Assembly: GCA_041499545.1 (NCBI GenBank) | Contig: JBGQKK010000002.1 | Location: 1 to 37,752 of the forward strand | DNA: 37,752 nucleotides | Source: Gammaproteobacteria bacterium | GTDB taxonomy: Bacteria > Pseudomonadota > Gammaproteobacteria > Burkholderiales > SG8-39 | Direction: 5' to 3' | Made by a program: the position numbers and the translations under genes | The notes under the pieces: model-generated | Told to the model about the DNA's origin: nothing | The model's database searches: none | What the model saw: only the letters and a program-made list of their open reading frames with translations | Shown: positions 24,783-34,713 of the stretch, piece by piece | How the letters are laid out: the number at the start of each line of letters is the position of its first letter | Position numbering within the stretch: the first letter of the stretch is position 1

Positions 24783-25676
24783 CTAGCCGCGATAGCGCAG
24801 CGCGTCGACCAACAGCGCGAACGCCGGCGAGGGCTGGCGGCGGCTCGCGTAATAGAGGTGGTAGCCCGAATACGGAGGACACCAGTCCTCGAGCACCCGG
24901 GTGAGCAGGCCCCTGTCCAGATGAGGCTGCGCCGAATCCTGCGGCACATAGGCCAGGCCCAATCCCGCCAGAGCCGCTTTGAGTATCTGGGTGGGGCTGT
25001 TGAAGACGAGCTGGCCATCGACGCGCACCTTCAGCTCGCGGCCGCTTTTTTCGAGCTCCCAGGCATACAGGCCGCCGTAGGTCGGCAAGCGCAGATTGAT
25101 GCAGTTGTGGTCGGTCAGGTCCTGGGGCTTCTTGGGCGGGGATCGCTTCGCGAAATACGACGGGGCACCGACGACCGCCATCCGCATGTCCGGTCCGATA
25201 CGGACGGCGATCATGTCCTTAGCCACTTGCTCGCCGAACCGCACGCCGGCGTCGTAACGCTGGGCAACGATGTCGGTCAGGGCGTGGTCGATCGTGATCT
25301 CGACCTTGATGTCCGAGTAGCGCGGCAGGAACTTCGTCAAGGCGGGCCAGAGGACCGAATTCACCGCATGCTCGCCGGCCGTGATGCGAATGGTGCCGGC
25401 GGGCTTGTCCCGAAGCACGCTCAGGGCCTCCAGTTCGGCCTCGATCTCCTCGAAGCGGTGGCCCACGGTCTGGAGGAGACGCTCACCCGCCTCGGTCGGC
25501 GAGACGCTCCGCGTCGTGCGCGTCAGCAAGCGGAGACCCAGTCGTGCCTCGAGCCCCCGAACGGTATGGCTCAACGCCGACTGCGAAACCCCCAGCTTCG
25601 CGGCCGCCTTGGTGAAGCTCCGATCTCGCGCTACGGCGAGAAAGGCGAGCAGGTCGTTGACGTTCTGGCGCGGCAT
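24783..25676 (-). CDS. LysR-family transcriptional regulator
   Basis: 297 aa. N-terminal wHTH: LLAFLAVARDRSFTKAAAKLGVSQSALSHTVRGLEARLG. Confidence 0.92.
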   Translation of the reverse strand: MPRQNVNDLLAFLAVARDRSFTKAAAKLGVSQSALSHTVRGLEARLGLRLLTRTTRSVSPTEAGERLLQTVGHRFEEIEAELEALSVLRDKPAGTIRITAGEHAVNSVLWPALTKFLPRYSDIKVEITIDHALTDIVAQRYDAGVRFGEQVAKDMIAVRIGPDMRMAVVGAPSYFAKRSPPKKPQDLTDHNCINLRLPTYGGLYAWELEKSGRELKVRVDGQLVFNSPTQILKAALAGLGLAYVPQDSAQPHLDRGLLTRVLEDWCPPYSGYHLYYASRRQPSPAFALLVDALRYRG

Positions 25677-25773
25677 TCATGAATCCATCTCATAAGCCCA
25701 TGCGGATTGTCCCATCTAATCAGCGCGCATTCCAATTGCTATCTTGTTTCCCGCGGACAAAGGAGTTCAGGAA

Positions 25774-25886
25774 ATGGACATCAAACGAAACGGTTCACAG
25801 CCCTCCGCCCGAGGGCCGGCCGAGTATTTCACCGGCACCGTACGCAGAATGAACTTCGAACGAACACCAGCAAGGAGTGAAATACC

Positions 25887-25890
<4 letters not shown>
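25774..25890 (+). pseudogene. Truncated remnant (38 codons) of a cupin-domain gene
   Basis: Preceded by AAAGGAG. The first 24 aa, [24 protein letters not shown], match the conserved N-terminus I know from small LysR-linked cupin proteins. The ORF then diverges and stops at a TGA overlapping the SDR ATG (ATGA, 25887-25890). It is too short to appear in the ORF track. Confidence 0.6.
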
Positions 25891-28423
<2,533 letters not shown>

Positions 28424-28454
28424 GGAAGGCCCACTACAAGGATGGGGTGAGGAC

Positions 28455-28979
28455 ATGTCAGAGTTCGCCGAATGGGAGAGTTTTTACGTCATCGTCGGCT
28501 CGGCCGCCGGCGCCCTGATCGGATTGCAGTTCGTGGTCCTGACGCTCATTGCCGAGAAACCGCAGCTGGCCTCGCCGGAGGCCGGCGCCGCGTTCGCAAC
28601 GCCGACGATAGTTCATTTCAGCACCGTGCTGCTCTTGTCGGCCGTCCTCCGGGTTCCATGGCACGCCATCGGCGCTTTCGCAGCTCTCTGGGGTCTCGTG
28701 GGCCTGGCCGGAATCGCGTACGGGGTGGTCGTGGCCCGGCGCATGCGGACGCAAGGCGCATACCGGCCGGAGCTCGAAGACTGGTTGTTTCACCTGGTGC
28801 TGCCCATCGCCGCTTACGCACTGCTCGCGCTCTCGGCACTTGCGGCTCCGTCCCACACGCGTGAGGCGCTCTTTGGCGTTGGGACGGCGGTGCTGCTGCT
28901 CCTCTTCATCGGCATTCACAACGCCTGGGACGGCATCGCGTACCACGTGCTCGTCAGCAGGCGGAATTCGAAGGACTAA
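28455..28979 (+). CDS. Hypothetical integral membrane protein (4-5 predicted TM helices)
   Basis: 174 aa. Hydrophobic segments VIVGSAAGALIGLQFVVLTLI, IVHFSTVLLLSAVL, FAALWGLVGLAGIAYGVVV, LVLPIAAYALLALSALA and AVLLLLFIGI. I recognise no family. Confidence 0.55.
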   Translation: MSEFAEWESFYVIVGSAAGALIGLQFVVLTLIAEKPQLASPEAGAAFATPTIVHFSTVLLLSAVLRVPWHAIGAFAALWGLVGLAGIAYGVVVARRMRTQGAYRPELEDWLFHLVLPIAAYALLALSALAAPSHTREALFGVGTAVLLLLFIGIHNAWDGIAYHVLVSRRNSKD

Positions 28980-28998
28980 TCGATCGAAATGATCGATT
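28978..28998. terminator. Hairpin AATCGATC-GAAAT-GATCGATT overlapping the stop of the membrane-protein gene
   Basis: Perfect 8-bp inverted repeat. Confidence 0.3.
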
Positions 28999-29045
28999 CA
29001 GTCCTCCCGACTCGCCGGGTGTGAGGGACGAGGCGGGGATGTCCA

Positions 29046-29086
29046 GGGTCGGGGGGAGGTCGTGCCTGCTGGAGCACGCCCGACCC
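29046..29086. terminator. Long GC hairpin between convergent genes (GGGTCGGG...CGTGC-loop-GCACG-CCCGACCC)
   Basis: Outer 8-bp arms at 29046-29053 and 29079-29086, plus inner 5-bp arms CGTGC/GCACG. Lies 13 nt beyond the stop of the MXKDX gene. Confidence 0.4.
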
Positions 29087-29098
29087 CGGACGAGACGG

Positions 29099-29380
29099 CT
29101 ACATCGTGGCCGGCTTGCTGCTCATCGGATCCGGATGCATCGAGTCTTTCGACATCGAATCCTTCCCCATGGAGTCCTTACCCATCGCGTCGTGACTCAT
29201 GGAATCCTTCATGTGATCCTTCTTCGCCCGCTTCGCCTTGGCCTTGGGGCTCATCGCGTGCTCCTTGCTCATGGAGTCGCCCGCCACTCCGTCCTTTTTT
29301 GCCATGGAATCCTGGGCGAGCGCGTTCGACGCGGCCAGCACCATGGAACCGGCGATCAATAAAGAAACCAGATTTCTCAT
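29099..29380 (-). CDS. Secreted pentapeptide MXKDX-repeat protein (Met/Lys/Asp/Ser-rich)
   Basis: 93 aa. Signal peptide MRNLVSLLIAGSMVLAASNALA. The mature part is made of M-x-K-D-S units (MGKDSMGKDSMSKDSM...). GAGGAG RBS. Confidence 0.8.
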   Translation of the reverse strand: MRNLVSLLIAGSMVLAASNALAQDSMAKKDGVAGDSMSKEHAMSPKAKAKRAKKDHMKDSMSHDAMGKDSMGKDSMSKDSMHPDPMSSKPATM

Positions 29381-29459
29381 TCGATACTCCTCGTTTGGGT
29401 TGGACTTGGACGCGCCGCAATCGGCGCTCCCGTCTTTGGTCGCTCGTGGACGCAGCCCC

Positions 29460-29885
29460 TTACAGCCGCTCGACGCGCCGCCGCCGCGCCCGCTCCAGGA
29501 AGATCGCCGCCACGGAGAGCGCGAGAAGGATGATCTCCACGCGCAACAACCGGACCGCTTCTTCGGCGAGGCCGTCGATCGCGATGCCGACGAGCCTCGC
29601 GACGGTGACCACCCCGACGGTGGTCGCGAGCACTGAGAGCCCGGTGAGCAGGCGCCGCGGCGAGAGAAGGCAGCCGAGCAGGATTAACGACAGCGCGAGC
29701 GGAAATCCGCCGAAGCCGACTCGCACCCGGCTGATCGCCATGACCGACCCGAGGACGATCGAGTCCGAGGCCGCCTTGTTGACCGGATCCCCCAGATACC
29801 TGAAGCCGATGAGAAAGAACAGCACCGTGGCGAGGAGCAGCAGGACCCGCGGAAACCACGGTGCCGCACGCCAGAAAAGCGTCAT
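29460..29885 (-). CDS. Small 4-TM membrane protein (DUF4345-like)
   Basis: 141 aa, four hydrophobic helices. ATG overlaps the stop of the upstream redoxin gene (ATGA, 29882-29885). The family assignment is from memory only. Confidence 0.6.
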   Translation of the reverse strand: MTLFWRAAPWFPRVLLLLATVLFFLIGFRYLGDPVNKAASDSIVLGSVMAISRVRVGFGGFPLALSLILLGCLLSPRRLLTGLSVLATTVGVVTVARLVGIAIDGLAEEAVRLLRVEIILLALSVAAIFLERARRRRVERL

Positions 29886-30685
29886 ATTTCCTCCGAGACG
29901 ACGTTGGAATAGGCTGGACGAGTCCGTCCCTGGCCTGACTGGCCGGGTTGGAGTACTGCACGGATATCGGAGAGGACCTTCGCGGGGTGAGAGCGCACGC
30001 GAAAATCACTCGCCTGGCTCATCCACAGGACCTTGCCGTCGGCGTCGATCAGGATCGTCGCGGGAATCGCCATGTCGCGGAACGGGCCTCCCTTCGGGGT
30101 GAAGTTGTGGTTTTGCAGGTTGTAGCGGCGGATGATTTCGAGATCGGGATCAGCGACGAGGGTGATATCCCAGTCGCGGCCGCGCTTGAATTGCTGCAAG
30201 TCTTCCACGGAGTCGTGACTTACCGCCACGAGCCTCAGGCCGAGCGCGCGCAGCTCCTCGCGCCGCTCGCTCCACAAGCGCAGGTCGGCGACGCAATAGG
30301 GGCACCAGGTCCCCCTGAAGAACTTGAGCAGGACGCGCGACCCGGAAAGCTCCGAAAGGCGGAATTCCCTGCCGTCGCTATCGAGCGAGCGGAAATCGGG
30401 CGCCTTGTTTCCCACCGCGACCGCCGCCTGCTGCTCGGGCAGCCCGCTCATGAAGGTGAGGAAAAAGAAGAAGCCCGAAGCCGCAAAGGCGACGCCGGCG
30501 ATCCCGTAGCCGATCGCGCCCGGATGAGACAGAAGCGCGCTGCCGGCGAGAAGCAGTCCGGCAAAAGCGACTCCGCGCTCCGCTCCCGGGGGCAGAGGCC
30601 GCCCACTGATGTTGGTCCACGCGACCGCGCCGGCCATGAGAGAGAAGGAAGCCAGCGCGAGCGCAATTCCGATATTCATGTTCAT
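29882..30685 (-). CDS. Membrane-anchored thioredoxin-fold redoxin (AhpC/TSA / peroxiredoxin-like, WCPYC motif)
   Basis: 267 aa. About 90 aa of N-terminal TM helices, then GNKAPDF...LLKFFRGTWCPYC. The likely true start is the second ATG at 30679, 6 nt after AAGGAG (30691-30686). Confidence 0.82.
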   Translation of the reverse strand: MNMNIGIALALASFSLMAGAVAWTNISGRPLPPGAERGVAFAGLLLAGSALLSHPGAIGYGIAGVAFAASGFFFFLTFMSGLPEQQAAVAVGNKAPDFRSLDSDGREFRLSELSGSRVLLKFFRGTWCPYCVADLRLWSERREELRALGLRLVAVSHDSVEDLQQFKRGRDWDITLVADPDLEIIRRYNLQNHNFTPKGGPFRDMAIPATILIDADGKVLWMSQASDFRVRSHPAKVLSDIRAVLQPGQSGQGRTRPAYSNVVSEEI

Positions 30686-30691
30686 CTCCTT

Positions 30692-31282
30692 TCAGCTTGC
30701 GAGCGAGCGGGCAGGGGCCTGCTCGCTCGAAAATCGCTGCCGGCCCGGCCAGCGCCGGCCGAACCACATGCGCTTAAGCAAACCGTCGCGCAGGACGAAG
30801 TGGTGATACAGCGCGGCGGTCGCATGCACCGCGATGAGCGCGATGAAGACCTTGGCGATTACCCCGTGGACGACGCGCGTCGGGAAGACGGTGAACGACC
30901 CGGGGAGGGGCGCGCCCGAAGCTCCGAACACGATCGAGGGCAGGTCCGCGAGCAGGGCCGTGGCGAGGCCGGTGGCAATCATTCCGGCGACGAGGCCGTA
31001 GAACGCAAGGTGCGAGATCCTCGCGATCCGGTCGAGAACGGGATTGCCGGTCGTCGCCGCCTCGGGTCTCGCGCTGAGCACGCGGATGGCGAGACGCGCG
31101 GCCATCAACGCCAGGATCACGCCGCCGCCGATCATGTGGGCGCGCAAGGCCTCGAGCTTCTGCGGCGAGGTATTGGGGATCGCCTTCAGGACGAACATGC
31201 CCAGGCCGAGCGCGAGGACGATGAAGGTCGCGAGGAACCAGTGGAGGGCGACCAGAGCGGGGTGGTAGCGGGATGGCGTCAC
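30692..31282 (-). CDS. Cytochrome b561 family protein (CybB-like dihaem membrane protein)
   Basis: This is the C-terminal 196 aa of ORF 30692-32044. GTG at 31282 overlaps the dehalogenase TGA (GTGA). [14 protein letters not shown], and later His residues in TM helices ([23 protein letters not shown]). Confidence 0.8.
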   Translation of the reverse strand: MTPSRYHPALVALHWFLATFIVLALGLGMFVLKAIPNTSPQKLEALRAHMIGGGVILALMAARLAIRVLSARPEAATTGNPVLDRIARISHLAFYGLVAGMIATGLATALLADLPSIVFGASGAPLPGSFTVFPTRVVHGVIAKVFIALIAVHATAALYHHFVLRDGLLKRMWFGRRWPGRQRFSSEQAPARSLAS

Positions 31283-32178
31283 GAAGCCTCCTTCAGGGCG
31301 CCGACTTCCCCCAGCGACCTGACGAACTCGGCAAGTGCCGCTCCGATCTGATGGGGGGAGTCTTCCTGGAGGAAGTGCGCGCCCTTGACGGTCACCTCCC
31401 GCTGGTTTGGCCAGCTGCGGCAGAAATCGCGCGTGCGGCCCCTCATGATCGCCCCGGGATCGCTCAGGACGAGGAGCTTGGGGAGCGTGCTCCGCGACAG
31501 CCATTCTCCGTACTGCTCGACGATCGCGGTCACGTCGGCCGGCTCTCCCTCCACCGGGATCTGGCGCGGCCACGCGAGGGTCGGCAGCCTCGCCTCGCGC
31601 TCGAGATAGGGCATCCGGTAGGCGATCATCTCCTCTTCGCCCAGCTTGCGGATGACGTTCCGCGGCAGGATGGTCTCCACGAAGAAGTTGTCCTCGAGGA
31701 TCATTTGCTCGCCCCGGTCGGAGCGCAGCGCCTGGAAGATACCTGCAGCTTCTCCGAAGTCCTCCCAGCGCCGTGGCAGGGCGATCGCTTCCATGTACGC
31801 GATCGCCTTGATGTGCTCGGGATGGCGGAATGCCCGGTGGAAGCCCAGAGCCGAGCCCCAGTCGTGCACGACTAGCGTGACATTCCTCGTCAGGTTGAGG
31901 GCCTCGAACCACGCGTCGAGATAGGCCGCGTGATCGCTGAAGCGATAGGCTTCGCGGGGCGATTTGCCCGAGCGTCCCATTCCGACGAGGTCGGGGGCGA
32001 GGCAGCGCCCGAGCCCGCTGACATGGGGGATGACGTTCCGCCACAGATAGGAGGAGGTCGGGTTGCCGTGGAGAAACACGATCGGGTCGCCGTGACCCGT
32101 GTCGACGTAGCTGATTTCCGAGTCGAGCACCCGGACGCGGCGGCGCGGGTGGGGATCGGCAGGGCTGATGTCGGTCAT
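31279..32178 (-). CDS. Haloalkane dehalogenase (HLD-II type alpha/beta hydrolase)
   Basis: 299 aa. Hallmarks [12 protein letters not shown] (halide-stabilising Asn), VHDWGSALG (nucleophilic Asp plus Trp), YMEAI (acid Glu) and [10 protein letters not shown] (catalytic His). Confidence 0.88.
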   Translation of the reverse strand: MTDISPADPHPRRRVRVLDSEISYVDTGHGDPIVFLHGNPTSSYLWRNVIPHVSGLGRCLAPDLVGMGRSGKSPREAYRFSDHAAYLDAWFEALNLTRNVTLVVHDWGSALGFHRAFRHPEHIKAIAYMEAIALPRRWEDFGEAAGIFQALRSDRGEQMILEDNFFVETILPRNVIRKLGEEEMIAYRMPYLEREARLPTLAWPRQIPVEGEPADVTAIVEQYGEWLSRSTLPKLLVLSDPGAIMRGRTRDFCRSWPNQREVTVKGAHFLQEDSPHQIGAALAEFVRSLGEVGALKEAS

Positions 32179-32211
32179 GAAAATACCTCGTTGCGGGTTA
32201 GGATCATGGTC

Positions 32212-32278
32212 GACAAGACACGCCGGCCGGACCCGATGTGACGCTCTGTCACGTTTTGGCTTCCTGTCGTGTCTTGTC
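32212..32278. promoter_or_regulatory. Mirror-symmetric divergent promoter candidate with ECF41-like -35/-10 elements on both strands
   Basis: The outer perfect 11-bp inverted repeat GACAAGACACG (32212-32222) / CGTGTCTTGTC (32268-32278) and the inner GTGAC-N5-GTCAC (32238-32252) share the centre 32245. The + strand reads TGTCACG-N16-TGTC. The - strand reads CGTCACA-N16-TGTC. Confidence 0.5.
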
Positions 32279-32299
32279 TGTCTTTAGGCGGAAGGACCC

Positions 32300-33202
32300 A
32301 TGACGCTCGAGCGCGCTTTTGCTGAACTGAGGCCGGCGATGTTCGCGCTCGCCTACCGGATCACGGGCAACCGGGCAGACGCCGAGGAGATCGTGCAGGA
32401 CGCCTTCGTGCGGCTGCACGATGCCGAGCCGAAGGAGGCGGTGCGCTCGCTCAAGGCCTACCTGACGACCATCACCGCGCGGCTCAGCTTCAACCGCCTG
32501 CGCGACCAGCGCGCGCGCCGCGAAACCTATGTGGGCGAGTGGCTGCCCGAGCCTTTAGTGACCGAAGGCGAGCCCGACGTGCACCCCGAGGACGTTTCGT
32601 TCGCCCTGGTCGCGGTGCTGGAACGTCTGTCGCCGCTCGAGCGCGTCGTGTTCGTGCTGCGCAATGCGTTCGACTTGAGCTTCAAGGAGATCGCGCCGGT
32701 GGTCGGACGCGACGCCGTCGCCTGTCGCCAGATCTTCAGCCGAGCCCGGGCGCGCATGCGCGAGGAACGGCCGCGCTTCTCCGTCGATCGCGAGCGCCAT
32801 CGCGCGCTGTTGCGCAGCTTCACCGAGGCCGCGCGCGGCGGCGACCAAGCTAGGCTCGTTTCGCTCCTCGCCGCCGACGCGGTCTTGCACGGTGATGGCG
32901 GGGGCAAGGCCGTTGCGACCAAGAGGCCCGTCGTGGGAAGCGCAGCGGTCGCGCAGTTCATCATCGCCGTGACCCGGACCGTCCCGGCGGAGGCGACTCT
33001 CGACGAGACCGAGCTGAACGGCGCGCCCGGGCTCGTCGTTCGGGCGGGCGGACGCCCCCTTGTCGCCATCCTGATCGATACGGATGGCGAGCGTATACGG
33101 TCGGTCTACGCGATCGCCAACCCCGACAAGCTCGACGGCCTCAGGGATGTCCCGCGTTCAATCCCGGGAGGGACCACTCCTTCACCGGCATCGGCTGCGT
33201 GA
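32300..33202 (+). CDS. sigJ: ECF sigma factor, group ECF41 (SigJ-like) with fused SnoaL-like C-terminal regulatory domain
   Basis: 300 aa. Region 2 (DAEEIVQDAFVRL), region 4 (ERVVFVLRNAFDLSFKEIA...CRQIFSRARARM). The roughly 110-aa C-terminal extension carries DGGGK and NPDKL motifs. Confidence 0.85.
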   Translation: MTLERAFAELRPAMFALAYRITGNRADAEEIVQDAFVRLHDAEPKEAVRSLKAYLTTITARLSFNRLRDQRARRETYVGEWLPEPLVTEGEPDVHPEDVSFALVAVLERLSPLERVVFVLRNAFDLSFKEIAPVVGRDAVACRQIFSRARARMREERPRFSVDRERHRALLRSFTEAARGGDQARLVSLLAADAVLHGDGGGKAVATKRPVVGSAAVAQFIIAVTRTVPAEATLDETELNGAPGLVVRAGGRPLVAILIDTDGERIRSVYAIANPDKLDGLRDVPRSIPGGTTPSPASAA

Positions 33203-34673
33203 CCGGCTTGCCGAGCGCAGGCGCCTCGAGGGCGTACAGGCCCGTGTCGGCGGCGATCCAGATGATCCTGCGGTCCCATTCGATGAGCACGTTGTCCACG
33301 GTGCGGTTGTAGCTGTTCCACTTGTCGAGCTCGCCGCCTTGCGGCGGGATGAAGTACGCGACGATCCTGGGCTTTTTCGGATCGCGGATGTCGTAGCACT
33401 GTACGCCGGCGTTGAAATGCGCATAGCAGGTGAAGTTCGGGTCGGGCCTTCCCGGCGCCTTGATGTGGGGCGGGTTGTGGGGGCCGAAGCGCCCGCGCTT
33501 GTCGCAGAAGGTCTTGTAGGGCACTTCGCGCGGCGGGGTCGGCACCGGCAACTGCGCGATCGCCTTGGGAGCGGCGGGGTCGCGCACGTCGACCACCCAC
33601 GAGGGCACGTAGGTCTCGTTGCAATCCGGGCTCAGGGTTTCAGGATTGGTGATGACGAAGCCGCGGTCCAGGCGCGCCACGTCGATCGTGTGGAAGGCGA
33701 TCGCGGTGCCGCGCGTGTGCTTGTAGTCGGGCGTGAAGCGGCCGAGGAGCTTCGGGCTGCGGATGTCCGAAAGGTCGTGGATCAACATGCCGAAGGAACC
33801 GTACGCGCTGTAGCCGAGCTTGCCGCCGTCTTCCACTTTCCTCGGCACGTACATCGGCCCGTGTAAGCTCGTAAACGACACCTTGTCGCCGTATTCGCGC
33901 CAGCCCTTGTACTGCGCCTCCTCGCCCGCGCGCTGCCCCGGCACCCACCACATCGCGGCCTGCTTGGGACTGGCGGGATCGGACACGTCCACCACCATGA
34001 TGCCGTTCGTGTGCCAGCGGATCGGGCTTTCCATGTTGACGAAGCTGTCGTCCGGCGCGGTATCGAGGTAGGCGTAGTCGCCGCCGTCGTAATAGTTGCG
34101 GTGCGTGCCCGAGCCGGTCTGGACCTTGCGCTTGGGATCGCCGCCGTCCGTCGCGAATTCCGAGAGCAGGACGATGTTCGCCGGATCGGTCGCGTCCCAG
34201 ATGCGGATGCCGCGCAGGCCGGCGCCCTGCTTGGTTTTCTCGATCAGGCTCGGATCATCGTACTTGCCGTTGGGTGCGGTCGTCGTGGTCGAGGTGATGG
34301 GCGAGGAGGCGCCGGTGACGACGATCCACTTGCCGAGTTTCTTGTTGAACGCCACTTGCAGCTGCGAACCGCGGAACGCGCCGTGCTTCACGAGCTTCGG
34401 CGCTCGCGGGTCGCTGACGTCGATCACGTCGCCGTTTTGAAGGATGAAGCGCCGCCCGCCGACCGCCATCATCTGCAGCTTGTGGCCGCGTTCCTCCCCC
34501 AGCTGGAACACCCCGAGAACGCGCATGTTCTTGGCGTAGCTGTTGCGGTCGAGGTACTCGAGGCTGCCCTTGTGGGGATGCGGATGCTGGTTGGGGAACG
34601 CGCTCCCCGTGGAGAGGGCCATCGCGAGCAACGCGGCGCGGGCGCGCGGGATTCGCCTTGCGGAGAAAGTCAT
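33141..34673 (-). CDS. Secreted LVIVD-repeat beta-propeller protein
   Basis: The ORF track gives 33141-34799. I place the start at ATG 34673 (MTFSARRIPRARAALLAMALSTGSA signal), 8 nt after AAGGAG. At least six LVIVD-type repeats: VIDVSDPRAPKL, IRIWDATDPANI, MVVDVSDPASPK, LIHDLSDIRSPK, WVVDVRDPAAPK, QCYDIRDPKKPR. Confidence 0.8.
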   Translation of the reverse strand: MTFSARRIPRARAALLAMALSTGSAFPNQHPHPHKGSLEYLDRNSYAKNMRVLGVFQLGEERGHKLQMMAVGGRRFILQNGDVIDVSDPRAPKLVKHGAFRGSQLQVAFNKKLGKWIVVTGASSPITSTTTTAPNGKYDDPSLIEKTKQGAGLRGIRIWDATDPANIVLLSEFATDGGDPKRKVQTGSGTHRNYYDGGDYAYLDTAPDDSFVNMESPIRWHTNGIMVVDVSDPASPKQAAMWWVPGQRAGEEAQYKGWREYGDKVSFTSLHGPMYVPRKVEDGGKLGYSAYGSFGMLIHDLSDIRSPKLLGRFTPDYKHTRGTAIAFHTIDVARLDRGFVITNPETLSPDCNETYVPSWVVDVRDPAAPKAIAQLPVPTPPREVPYKTFCDKRGRFGPHNPPHIKAPGRPDPNFTCYAHFNAGVQCYDIRDPKKPRIVAYFIPPQGGELDKWNSYNRTVDNVLIEWDRRIIWIAADTGLYALEAPALGKPVTQPMPVKEWSLPGLNAGHP

Positions 34674-34713
34674 TCGAGCGGCTCCTTGGACAGTTCCGTA
34701 TGATAGTGCACCC

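Noticed and set aside
29062-31351. Plus-strand ORFs 29062-30102 (346 aa) and 29948-31351 (467 aa)
   Set aside because: Antisense to four minus-strand genes that have clear signal, TM or catalytic motifs and coupled start/stop overlaps. Composition is typical of spurious high-GC ORFs.
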